A DNA stretch of 57,025 nt from Patescibacteria group bacterium (lineage in GTDB: Bacteria; Patescibacteriota; Minisyncoccia; UBA6257; 1-14-0-10-40-38): NCBI GenBank assembly GCA_038064975.1, contig JBBTRX010000007.1, positions 1 to 57,025 on the forward strand. The letters run 5' to 3'. Positions 37,855-46,021 of this stretch are shown here, in pieces. Position numbers and translations under genes: made by a program. Each line of letters starts with the position of its first letter. The first letter of the stretch is position 1. Below the pieces are notes generated by a model. The model saw only the letters and a list, made by a program, of their open reading frames with translations, made no database searches and was not told the origin of the DNA.

Positions 37855-38323
37855 AAAGAAAAAGACCCGACGTTCGAAAATGTCGGGTCGAGTGCGGGTC
37901 GCAGCCTCTTCCGTTGGTCAGCTCAAGGTCGAGCGACCGTTGCTGCAAGAAGACCCGTCATGGTCGGAGAGGTGAGGAGGACTGACGACATGAGACAGGA
38001 ACGCGTGGCCAGCAGGCGCTGACCACTGTTGTCAACAGGCGCGAACCAGTGATGGCGCGTCTCCTCCTCCGAGCCATGACGGGTGAAAGGTAGATGGAGC
38101 CCACTCCTTAGAGCGGGCTCCATTGGCAATCGAGACTCTCATTGTCCGATGAGTCTTCCCCGGCTTCTGCCAGAGTTGCTTGTGATCTCCTTTTACTCAT
38201 CCATCAAGCAGCTCATCCTTATCTCAAGGACAAGCGAGAGATGACTCACTACGAGACACGAAGAACTAGCGTGTACGGAACTACGAGAGTCAAGACTGCC
38301 ATCGAAAGGCGGCCCAAAGAACC
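37855..38323 (-). ncRNA. Candidate large (~470 nt) structured ncRNA
   Basis: TTGACA-18-TATCAT promoter (38359-38330); long helices; ends in GACCCGACGTT-family terminator copy 3 (37864-37889). Confidence 0.65.
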
Positions 38324-38403
38324 AAAATTATGATAGTAGATTTCTATGAATACTGTCAAGCAGCACTACTTATTGATTCAATAATATATGATACAATTTT
38401 TGT

Positions 38404-38649
38404 ATGACTACATGGACACACCCTGAAACACACTCTGGAGAAGTATTTTTTATCAATCTCACCTCTACAATGTTTGAGAAACTTTCTCTCCGTACAAAAC
38501 GGAAAGGAAATACCGCCCATGATGGCGAGGGTAATAAACTGGACCATGCCGATTGGTGGCCCGTATTTGTGCAGGTATCGGAACTTTCAGAACGCGAGCA
38601 AGATATTTCATCCGCACGACGGCAAATAAAAGAGATTTTATATAAATAA
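38404..38649 (+). CDS. Hypothetical protein (81 aa)
   Basis: ATG ORF ending at the hairpin agcccatctc-gtaa-gagatgggct. Confidence 0.45.
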   Translation: MTTWTHPETHSGEVFFINLTSTMFEKLSLRTKRKGNTAHDGEGNKLDHADWWPVFVQVSELSEREQDISSARRQIKEILYK

Positions 38650-38719
38650 AAAGAGCCCATCTCGTAAGAGATGGGCTTGGCTTTTCCAGCCGACACCGGA
38701 AACCCTTGTTCTTGAAGGG

Positions 38720-38806
38720 TTAGATGATGTCGTGCCAGGCCATGGCTGCGCTTGCGATTGTGATGCAAGCGGCCGCTGCGATGAAGAGTCGTGCGAAGTG
38801 CTTCAT
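38720..38806 (-). CDS. 28-aa peptide MKHFARLFIAAAACITIASAAMAWHDII (signal peptide plus 5 residues), below ORF-track cutoff
   Basis: GGAGG RBS at 38817-38821; n/h/c signal-peptide layout with A-M-A site; terminator ~38648-38680. Confidence 0.6.
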   Translation of the reverse strand: MKHFARLFIAAAACITIASAAMAWHDII

Positions 38807-38989
38807 CAGTTGTCGTCCTCCATGAAGAATCCTTCTTTCTGTGTTGTTCGTCACATAGCGTGTCCCTATCCTTGTGAGCCACCACTCTGCGACGATGCTC
38901 TTCTCATAATAAACATTATTATTGCAATATACCAGTGCGTTACTATACAGGTATTAAACAGTTTCTTTGTTGTCGAGTTTTCCCTTCTG

Positions 38990-39238
38990 CTAGATGTTTC
39001 CAGGCCAAGATGTCCGTCGACGCTCCCAGTCATTGTCTCCACCGATTATCAAGGGATTTTTTTGACGATAGCGTCGCTCTGCTTTCCCAGCTTGACGGAT
39101 AATATCCATTCGCGTGGGAGGAGACTTTCTATCCATTCTTGTTCTCCACGCCTCTCTTCGGCGATCTTTCTCAACCTCTCTCTCAGCTCGCCGAATAATA
39201 TCCATTAGCGGGAATGGCTTTTCATCCTTTTTCTTCAC
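38990..39238 (-). CDS. Small, very basic hypothetical protein with internal repeat (MDIIRRAE/MDIIRQAG)
   Basis: Purine-rich RBS, GTG start. Confidence 0.5.
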   Translation of the reverse strand: MKKKDEKPFPLMDIIRRAEREVEKDRRREAWRTRMDRKSPPTRMDIIRQAGKAERRYRQKNPLIIGGDNDWERRRTSWPGNI

Positions 39239-39316
39239 GAGGAAATCCCCCTTTCCCTTAGAATCTTGTCACCATGAAGTTCTCTCACAAATGCTTTTAA
39301 CAAGAGTATAAGAAAG

Positions 39317-39616
39317 TTATCGATCCAGTTGTCGGTCATGAGTCTCTCCGGTAAAACCTCTAGGACCATCTTTCCCATAAACCCTTGTGTACCATTGGAT
39401 GGATTCTAAATCATCAAAGAACCCCTGCATCGTGATGAGACGAGGAAGATGCTTCCCTTCTTGTTTGTCCCTTTCAACATCCTTTTCCTCCAGAAAAACA
39501 GTCTGACATTCAAGATCCGCCTCTTGTAAGGCCACCTTGGCTTGCTCACTGTCTGCGCCAGCATCAACGTAAAGCGTTCTCGGTTCGGATTTTCTCAATT
39601 TCCAGGTTGTTTCCAC
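39317..39616 (-). CDS. Small protein, possibly a Cys-motif-less glutaredoxin-like fold
   Basis: AAGGAG RBS before GTG 39616; 'TLYVD...S..AK..L' and 'LPRLIT..G' pattern. Confidence 0.6.
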   Translation of the reverse strand: METTWKLRKSEPRTLYVDAGADSEQAKVALQEADLECQTVFLEEKDVERDKQEGKHLPRLITMQGFFDDLESIQWYTRVYGKDGPRGFTGETHDRQLDR

Positions 39617-39691
39617 TAATCTCTCCTTTGTTAAAGAACGCAAAAAACCAGAAACTACCCTAAGGTTATTCTATCTTCTTTTATCTATAAA

Positions 39692-39860
39692 TGAAAAGAG
39701 CCACTAACCCCTGCGGGTTAGTGGCTGCGCTAGCCCCTTCCGAGGTAGCGGCTTAGAAAATGACCAACGGAAGGACTCTTTGTGCGGCCGCGATGAATCC
39801 CTGAGAATCAATCTTATGCTTTCGCACTCATCGACCTCTCAGCCGTTGGTTCAAGTACTA
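39692..39860 (-). ncRNA. Candidate ~165-nt three-way-junction RNA with terminator
   Basis: accaacgg/ccgttggt closing helix; ctgaga/tctcag arm capped by tgc-GAAA-gca; ggattc/gagtcc arm; agccactaacc/ggttagtggct terminator. Confidence 0.6.
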
Positions 39861-39945
39861 CCATACTACATCCATGCTGAAGCATTAGTAAATACTCTTA
39901 CAACACCGTTCTTGACATATTGATTTTATCTATGCGAGAATAACT

Positions 39946-40021
39946 CGACGGCTGGAGGTTGTCGTAGGGCGACCGCACATGAGCGCAGAAACCCTGACTC
40001 ATGACCAGCTGTCATTTTTTT
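39946..40021 (+). ncRNA. Candidate ~75-nt three-way-junction sRNA
   Basis: TTGACA at 39912 with TGn-GAGAAT; gacggctgg/ccagctgtc, ggttgtc/ggcgacc, catgag/ctcatg; T7 tail. Confidence 0.6.
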
Positions 40022-40081
40022 GCGCACTTAACCGTTTCGGTTTTAGAACCTGGTTGTACTCAATGATACCTTTCAGCTCAA

Positions 40082-40153
40082 ACTGACTACATAACTCTAT
40101 CAACCTGGCAAAAAGTGCATCCACAATTCGAGGTCTCCCTCGATACGGGGCAC
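40082..40153. repeat. 72-bp direct repeat, copy 1
   Basis: 65/72 identical to 42966-43037. Confidence 0.92.
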
Positions 40154-40228
40154 AGCCCATTTAGGACGTTTTGTTTTGCGTCAGTCGGCACAACTCGAGT
40201 ACTTAAATCGCCTCTGCTATACTAATAG

Positions 40229-40350
40229 CACTTGGTCCAATGGCAGAGCTCTAGAGCTCTGGAACTACCTGTGGCCACTTCAAAAGGTCCTCCCATTAGC
40301 CATTTTCAAGGCCGCCACTTCTCTCCGGAAGAGTGGCGGCCGCTTTTATT
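40229..40350 (+). ncRNA. Candidate ~120-nt sRNA
   Basis: TGn-TATACT at 40215-40223; cagagctc-ta-gagctctg palindrome; ggccgccact/agtggcggcc terminator; only a 4-codon ORF. Confidence 0.45.
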
Positions 40351-40445
40351 AAAACCTCTTGATTTCTAGTTGTGCAAACAAAAATAGCGGCTGAATCCAT
40401 TGTCGTAAGACGACAGATTCAACCGCTATGTAGCGCTGATAGAGA

Positions 40446-41699
40446 TCACGGTCGCGTAATGAGAGTCCACCTGCGCCCTGGTCGAAGCCATTGAAGCGCA
40501 TTACGAATATCACTCATTGTCACGCGCTCGAGATCGTTTCCGATTTCCGTGAGCGAAAGTATTCGCTGGTTCTCAGCAAGATCGATAAGCACACAGTCGC
40601 GAATACCATTGCCCGTCGAGTCAGTCATGAAGTTACCCGCGAGAGCTCGACGCTTGGTCTGCTCAAACAAGTCTTCACGTTCCCCCATAGAGGCAATGCA
40701 GATCTCGATGACTTCCTCGATCTCGTCGATCGCTTGGAGCGCCAACGCACCGCAGTTGATTGAGAACTCGTAGAAGTTCCGGAAATTGTACTGAGAACTA
40801 TTTATGGAGTAGCTCCACGCACGCCGCTCTCGCACCTCTTCGAAGAGCATTTCATTGAACATCTCCTTCAAGATACGAATCACTTGTTCATTGATGTTAC
40901 CTGGAATCTTCGCGACGCTTTGGTACGAACCAACCTCGATAGGAACCGTCATGTGTTTCGAGAATTCGAAGACGTGGCGAGTTTCTGACGGTGAGGCAAC
41001 ATCGAATGCTGGAGTCGGGAGCGGCGTTCGGCCCCCCTTCTTATTTGTCGCAAAAGGACTCTCGGAAAGAAGCTCGATGAGTTCTGACAACTGCATTCCG
41101 CCGACACCAACGATACTTATGTTCGCCGGCGCATAGTGTGTGTCGTAATGCGACTGCAAGTCGCCCTCTGTGATTCGTCCGATTGATTGGGGATTCCCAA
41201 GCGGGCGAGTGAATCTTTCGAGCCAATGCCCAGCATAGAGTGTCTTTTGCTTGCGCATATCCAGATCGTGCTTGAATATAATCGGATAGTGGCGATGAAA
41301 TTCGCCGACGATCACCTTACGCTCTCGCTCGATGCACTGTTCGAGTCGAGCCGACATTAACATGTGACCAAAAATTGAAAATGCTCCAGCCAGTATTTCT
41401 CTCTCTGTCGGAACAAAGAATCGATAGTGCGTATAAGCATAGCTAGTCGTACCGAGATTAACCTCTCCTCCGCAGTCCTCGAAGAATGCTTCCATTCTCT
41501 TCTTGGAGACATTGGTGTTCTCCAAAACGACATGTTCAACAAAGTGAGAGAGCCCTTCAAGGCCGACTGGATCATTTTCGGCTCCACTGTGAATCAGGAA
41601 TCCCATGGCTTCCCATGGACGTCCTGGCCAGTGAGCCCCATGCACCGTTAGTCCATTTGGCAAGGTCGCCGACTGGAATTCAGCGTACGGATCCCACAT
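40446..41699 (-). CDS. M16-family (insulinase-like) zinc peptidase
   Basis: 'GLSHFVEH' HxxEH, 'ERKVIVGE', 'LFEEVRERRAWSY'; GGGAGG RBS before ATG 41699. Confidence 0.9.
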   Translation of the reverse strand: MWDPYAEFQSATLPNGLTVHGAHWPGRPWEAMGFLIHSGAENDPVGLEGLSHFVEHVVLENTNVSKKRMEAFFEDCGGEVNLGTTSYAYTHYRFFVPTEREILAGAFSIFGHMLMSARLEQCIERERKVIVGEFHRHYPIIFKHDLDMRKQKTLYAGHWLERFTRPLGNPQSIGRITEGDLQSHYDTHYAPANISIVGVGGMQLSELIELLSESPFATNKKGGRTPLPTPAFDVASPSETRHVFEFSKHMTVPIEVGSYQSVAKIPGNINEQVIRILKEMFNEMLFEEVRERRAWSYSINSSQYNFRNFYEFSINCGALALQAIDEIEEVIEICIASMGEREDLFEQTKRRALAGNFMTDSTGNGIRDCVLIDLAENQRILSLTEIGNDLERVTMSDIRNALQWLRPGRRWTLITRP

Positions 41700-41855
41700 A
41701 GAGAACCTCCCTTTCTTGAGAGATATAGTTTTGGGAAAGAACGAACTTACTGTCATATAACAGCACCTACTCTCAAATATGTCAATCACGAACTCAAGCC
41801 AACAAACACCAAGAGCTTTGGGACACAAACAAAGCCCCCAACGGCTGTGCACGTC

Positions 41856-42311
41856 TTAGAGTAAGTGTAGGAGCTCCGTCAACGAGTGAATCACGTGCAT
41901 AGGGCTACCGGTATGGTCGTCAGGGAGTTCATTGCTGAACTTCCCGTTCTGAAACCAGATGGTCTGCGCTCCGTTTTCGTTCCCCCACTTGATTCCGCGA
42001 CACACCCGATCATCCACAATAACGACTTCGTCTCCCCGTAGATCGAGATCGTTCAATGTCGCGCGATAGCTCGCATCTTTGTCGTTTGCCGTGAAGCGAA
42101 TCGAGGAAAATAGTTGTTCGATTGAATGACTGCGGAGCACGCCCATCCTCGCCGCAACCTCCTGGTCGGGCGCTAGAGAGACAATGGCTAGCTTGTAGCG
42201 AGACGAAAGGTGGTCGAGTACAGCTTTTGTATCGGAAAAGAGAGTCTCCTTGTCGCGATCATAGAGTGTTCGTCCCCAATCAAAGATGATTGCCTTGTGT
42301 TGTCGTGGCAT
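41856..42311 (-). CDS. HAD-superfamily hydrolase
   Basis: 'IIFDWGRTL', 'AIVS', 'IVDDR..GIK.G...G.QTIW'. Confidence 0.85.
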   Translation of the reverse strand: MPRQHKAIIFDWGRTLYDRDKETLFSDTKAVLDHLSSRYKLAIVSLAPDQEVAARMGVLRSHSIEQLFSSIRFTANDKDASYRATLNDLDLRGDEVVIVDDRVCRGIKWGNENGAQTIWFQNGKFSNELPDDHTGSPMHVIHSLTELLHLL

Positions 42312-42510
42312 GAACTTAGACTACCACTGCAAGGATCGCGGTCAATACGAGGTTGACTGCAAACAACATTCTCCATGACAAGTAGTTGACAGATTTTTAT
42401 TAAAATTATATAATGATACGTATACATTTGACCTTTAGCAGTTGAATCCTCGTTGGCATTCGAGAGCGCGGCAATTTCTGTTTCGTTCTCGAGATGTCAA
42501 GGAGGCATCC

Positions 42511-42741
42511 ATGAAGACCGTGGCACGGGTGGATACCACCCAACCTTCCGATTCCTGTGCAGCAGAATTTCTTCGCGACTGTGAGAGGAAGCGCGGACCG
42601 ATCGACTACTATCCTCAAGGCACCCAGACAATGATCTTGGGTACCGAGCAATACTGCTACCTGTTCCTTCGTTGTGCTGAGTTCCTTGTCATCCGACCGG
42701 TCCGGTTCATCGAGCGGCAGTTCATGAAGTTTGCAGGGTAA
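42511..42741 (+). CDS. Hypothetical protein (76 aa)
   Basis: TTGACA-17-TATAAT promoter (42386-42414); AAGGAGG RBS; terminator at 42754. Confidence 0.7.
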   Translation: MKTVARVDTTQPSDSCAAEFLRDCERKRGPIDYYPQGTQTMILGTEQYCYLFLRCAEFLVIRPVRFIERQFMKFAG

Positions 42742-42753
42742 CGATAGCTAATC

Positions 42754-42784
42754 AAAGACCCGACGTTCAACGTCGGGTCTTTTT
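42754..42784 (+). terminator. GACCCGACGTT-family terminator, copy 4
   Basis: aaagacccgacgttcaacgtcgggtctttt. Confidence 0.75.
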
Positions 42785-42965
42785 CTTACTCTCATCATGC
42801 TCAAGTCCCCGAATGTTCGGGGACTTCATATTGGGTTGGAGCACGATTCTACACAGGTTCAGGGACGTTGTGGACTTCAGGGAGGTTGGAGCGAAATGGA
42901 TCAAGCCACCCTTCCCTTCTCTACGGTTACCTACTTGTTGCGCTCGAGGAAACTTCTGATCTCCG

Positions 42966-43037
42966 ACTGACTACATAACTCAACCAACCTCTCAAAGAGT
43001 GCATCCAAAGTTCGAGGTCTCCCTCGATACGGGGCAC
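42966..43037. repeat. 72-bp direct repeat, copy 2
   Basis: 65/72 identical to 40082-40153; last 27 bp identical. Confidence 0.92.
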
Positions 43038-43106
43038 TAAAATCTTTGCTTTTTCGCCTTAATTTCTATAGGATTTCGTAAGCACATTCCCAAAGGAGGG
43101 ATCCCC

Positions 43107-43337
43107 ATGCCCATCACTGCCTTTCTAGTGAGACTCCCCTTCATATTCTTACTTGCGCTTATCGGCGTTTGTGCCCCTATGCACGATCGCGTGTATTATA
43201 TGATGCAAGGTTTAGAAGGGCATATTCTGGAACATGACAATGAAGTAATCATAAGACGAAAACTACGTCCATTGAACCGTTTTGAAAAGTGGCTTTTCGG
43301 GCCTATCGTGGCGTCTGAACACAAAAGAAAGGGATAA
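43107..43337 (+). CDS. Small hypothetical protein with N-terminal hydrophobic segment
   Basis: AAGGAGG RBS. Confidence 0.6.
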   Translation: MPITAFLVRLPFIFLLALIGVCAPMHDRVYYMMQGLEGHILEHDNEVIIRRKLRPLNRFEKWLFGPIVASEHKRKG

Positions 43338-43613
43338 AAAAGTCATGTCTCCGCTCCCCCAGGAAGTAGAACGAGTGAAAGCCAATATCTCACATATTCC
43401 CGGAATCAGAGTTTTGCCTTCAATTGGTGAGTGGATATTGGTAGCGACTAGCGAGTCGCGGAAGTTCTGCGAGAAGCTGTACAAGCTTGATAATAAACCA
43501 CCTCCCCGAGCAAATTTTTGCTCGGTTTTTTTATTTCATTAATATTTCACAACAATAATAGTTATATTAAAAACAGTTCTCTGTTCTTCTACAACTCAAA
43601 GGAGGTAACTTAA

Positions 43614-43889
43614 ATGTCACCCGAAGAAAAAGAAAGGGCAATAGATCTATTCAAGGCAATTTCAGGTCTTTCCCTTACCACCGAGCCCGTAATTGCCAAC
43701 TGGATTGATGCAGTCGTCGGGCAACCAGAGAAAATTGAAAAATATGTGAATTTCCGACTTGAGCAAAAAGTTGTAGTTGTTCCCCGCCAAGGACCTGGCG
43801 GAGTGATCAGCATCAGAATCTCGGACGAACCAAGAGAAAACGACACAACGGCCACTCTACTTCGCGAAGCAATCCAGCAAGCTGCATAG
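43614..43889 (+). CDS. Hypothetical protein (91 aa)
   Basis: AAGGAGG RBS; gagcg...cgctc-T terminator. Confidence 0.7.
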   Translation: MSPEEKERAIDLFKAISGLSLTTEPVIANWIDAVVGQPEKIEKYVNFRLEQKVVVVPRQGPGGVISIRISDEPRENDTTATLLREAIQQAA

Positions 43890-43926
43890 CCGATCCGAGC
43901 GTCTCTCTTTGTGAGAGCGCTCTTTT

Positions 43927-45024
43927 TTATTCCAATTCTCCTTTTAAGTCTTCAAGAAGCTTTTTCGCGTTCGCAGTTAATTTCTTCGGGAATTTAATAT
44001 CCATATCCACGAGTAAGTTACCGCGAAGCGGACTCCCCAATTTCGGCATACCTTCGCCGTTTACTACAATTGTTTTTCCAAAAATAAAGTTAGGAGGAAC
44101 GTCAACAGAAATTTTTCCGCCTGAGAGCGTTTTGACTATAACTTTTCTTTCCAAGAGAATGTCCGCAAGATTTGCGTCGTGCCGGATACGCACGTCGTCC
44201 CCTTCGCGTGTAAATACCGGATGCGGTTTTACCCGAATACGAATATAGAGATCTCCTTCGGAAGCACTGTTCGGACCTGCTTCTCCGCCGCCCTGGATTT
44301 TTACGAGCTGGCCGTCATGCACGCCTGCGGCAATGCCCACCTGCACAGTTTTTTCTCCTTGAACACGTCCTGCTCCGGAACATTTGCCGCAAATTTTATT
44401 TGGAATCTTGCCTTGGCCCAAACACTTCGCACACGGCTTTACCTGCGCGAAATTACCGAAGAATGTTCTCCGGGACTCCTGAATCTCTCCTCTGCCGTCG
44501 CACGCAGAACACTCCGTAAACCCTTTCGCTTCAAAATGTCCTTTTCCCTTACACTCCGTGCAAGCGATAAATGTTTTAAATGTAATCGGCTTCGTAACAC
44601 CGCGAAACGCGTCTTCAAGCGCGATTTCCTGCACAAGCTCTAAATCAGATCCGCGTTCATACGCACGCCGTTTCCGCTTTACGCCCATACCTTCAAAAAA
44701 GGCGTCAAAAATATCCCCTAAATTTCCTAGGTCATCAACATTCACAGAATCAAACCCTTCTCCGAAATTGCGGAAATCAAAACCGCCTTGGCCGCCGCCT
44801 CCCATATTGCCGCCTTCAAACACACGGCCAAAACGGTCGTACTGGGCGCGCTTTTCTTTATTGCTTAAAATTTGATACGCTTCATTAATTTTTTTAAACA
44901 TGCCGTCATCCCCCCCGGATTTATCCGGGTGGTACTTGTGGGCAAGCTTGCGATAAGCGCGCTTAATCTCCTCTTCAGTCGCGCCTTTCTGGACGCCTAA
45001 AATTTTGTAGTAATCTTCTGCCAT
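43927..45024 (-). CDS. dnaJ: Chaperone DnaJ
   Basis: HPD J-domain, G/F region, four CxxCxGxG repeats. Confidence 0.97.
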   Translation of the reverse strand: MAEDYYKILGVQKGATEEEIKRAYRKLAHKYHPDKSGGDDGMFKKINEAYQILSNKEKRAQYDRFGRVFEGGNMGGGGQGGFDFRNFGEGFDSVNVDDLGNLGDIFDAFFEGMGVKRKRRAYERGSDLELVQEIALEDAFRGVTKPITFKTFIACTECKGKGHFEAKGFTECSACDGRGEIQESRRTFFGNFAQVKPCAKCLGQGKIPNKICGKCSGAGRVQGEKTVQVGIAAGVHDGQLVKIQGGGEAGPNSASEGDLYIRIRVKPHPVFTREGDDVRIRHDANLADILLERKVIVKTLSGGKISVDVPPNFIFGKTIVVNGEGMPKLGSPLRGNLLVDMDIKFPKKLTANAKKLLEDLKGELE

Positions 45025-45034
45025 AATGGCGTAT

Positions 45035-45961
45035 TTAATTAATAACGATTATTTCCTGGTCAACGGATTCCCGATGGATGTGGATAGCGTCCATACCTAC
45101 TAACACCTTAAAGACCATAAACGCAACTCCTACGATAAGCCAATTGAGGAAAAATGCAATGCTTTTCACGAATCCGAAGATAATGACGCCAATAGCAACG
45201 AACGCAACTGCTTTGAATGTTGGAGGGAGGGTTATGAATTTCCCGATCGTAATTTTATAGAGCACATCTAGAAACTTGTCTCCCGGACCAACAATGAACC
45301 CGAAGTTTTTGTGAATAGAATCCGCAAGAGAATCAATGGAGTCAGCAATCGCCTGTTCGGACTCTTCTCCAAATCGCGATTCAAAAATTGCACGTAAAGC
45401 GTCGTGGAATGACCCCTCAGACGAAAACCCCGGAGCAAGCTTCACGATAATCCCGTCAAAAGTTTTAAAGAACGTGGAGAACGTATCCTTTGATGAAGTA
45501 AATTGCCCGGCGCTCAACACCGTCATGAGCGTGAGCGTGATAAAAATAGCGATACCCGTCATAGCAAACGATTCAATGCGCGGAGCAATGCGGAAAAATT
45601 TTATTTTCACCGAATTTTCCACCAGCCGCCTTCCTGCGACGAAACTCATCCACAAAAAAACCGTAAGCAGTGCTCCCCCAATCGCTGCCTGGAGCGTAAA
45701 GCGCTGTTCAATCGGTATCCACACCATGATCGCCTGTAAGAGCGCGAACATTCCCAACATGCTCCGCGACGTGATGATCATGGGCTGAAGCACGACGACG
45801 GCAAGCCAGAGGATCGCCGCAAAAGACGTCATCACGAGCGATCCGAAGGAAGGATCTACAAAAACATTCCGAAGTGTGTAGCCAAAAAACAAAGCGAAGA
45901 GAGCACCGATACCGCCCAATATTGCTATAACCCGAGGATACCTGCGAGATGGTTCTGGCAT
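45035..45961 (-). CDS. Multi-pass membrane protein between dnaK and dnaJ
   Basis: About 7 hydrophobic segments; likely start is ATG 45961. Confidence 0.75.
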   Translation of the reverse strand: MPEPSRRYPRVIAILGGIGALFALFFGYTLRNVFVDPSFGSLVMTSFAAILWLAVVVLQPMIITSRSMLGMFALLQAIMVWIPIEQRFTLQAAIGGALLTVFLWMSFVAGRRLVENSVKIKFFRIAPRIESFAMTGIAIFITLTLMTVLSAGQFTSSKDTFSTFFKTFDGIIVKLAPGFSSEGSFHDALRAIFESRFGEESEQAIADSIDSLADSIHKNFGFIVGPGDKFLDVLYKITIGKFITLPPTFKAVAFVAIGVIIFGFVKSIAFFLNWLIVGVAFMVFKVLVGMDAIHIHRESVDQEIIVIN

Positions 45962-46021
45962 GGGAGTTATTATCTCCCAGTATACCATTTCGCCCGCCCT
46001 CACACGAAAGCCGTGCAATCT

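Noticed and set aside
37923-38333. ORFs 37923..38129 (-) and 38142..38333 (+)
   Set aside because: TTG starts without RBS, embedded in strong RNA helices.
38370-39208. ORFs 38370..38885 (-) and 38732..39208 (+)
   Set aside because: Implausible composition; the first crosses a terminator, and both overlap better-supported small genes.
39765-39850. Hammerhead ribozyme or lysine riboswitch
   Set aside because: Has GAUGAG..CGAAA and AGAGGU words but lacks CUGAUGA and the required helix geometry and length.
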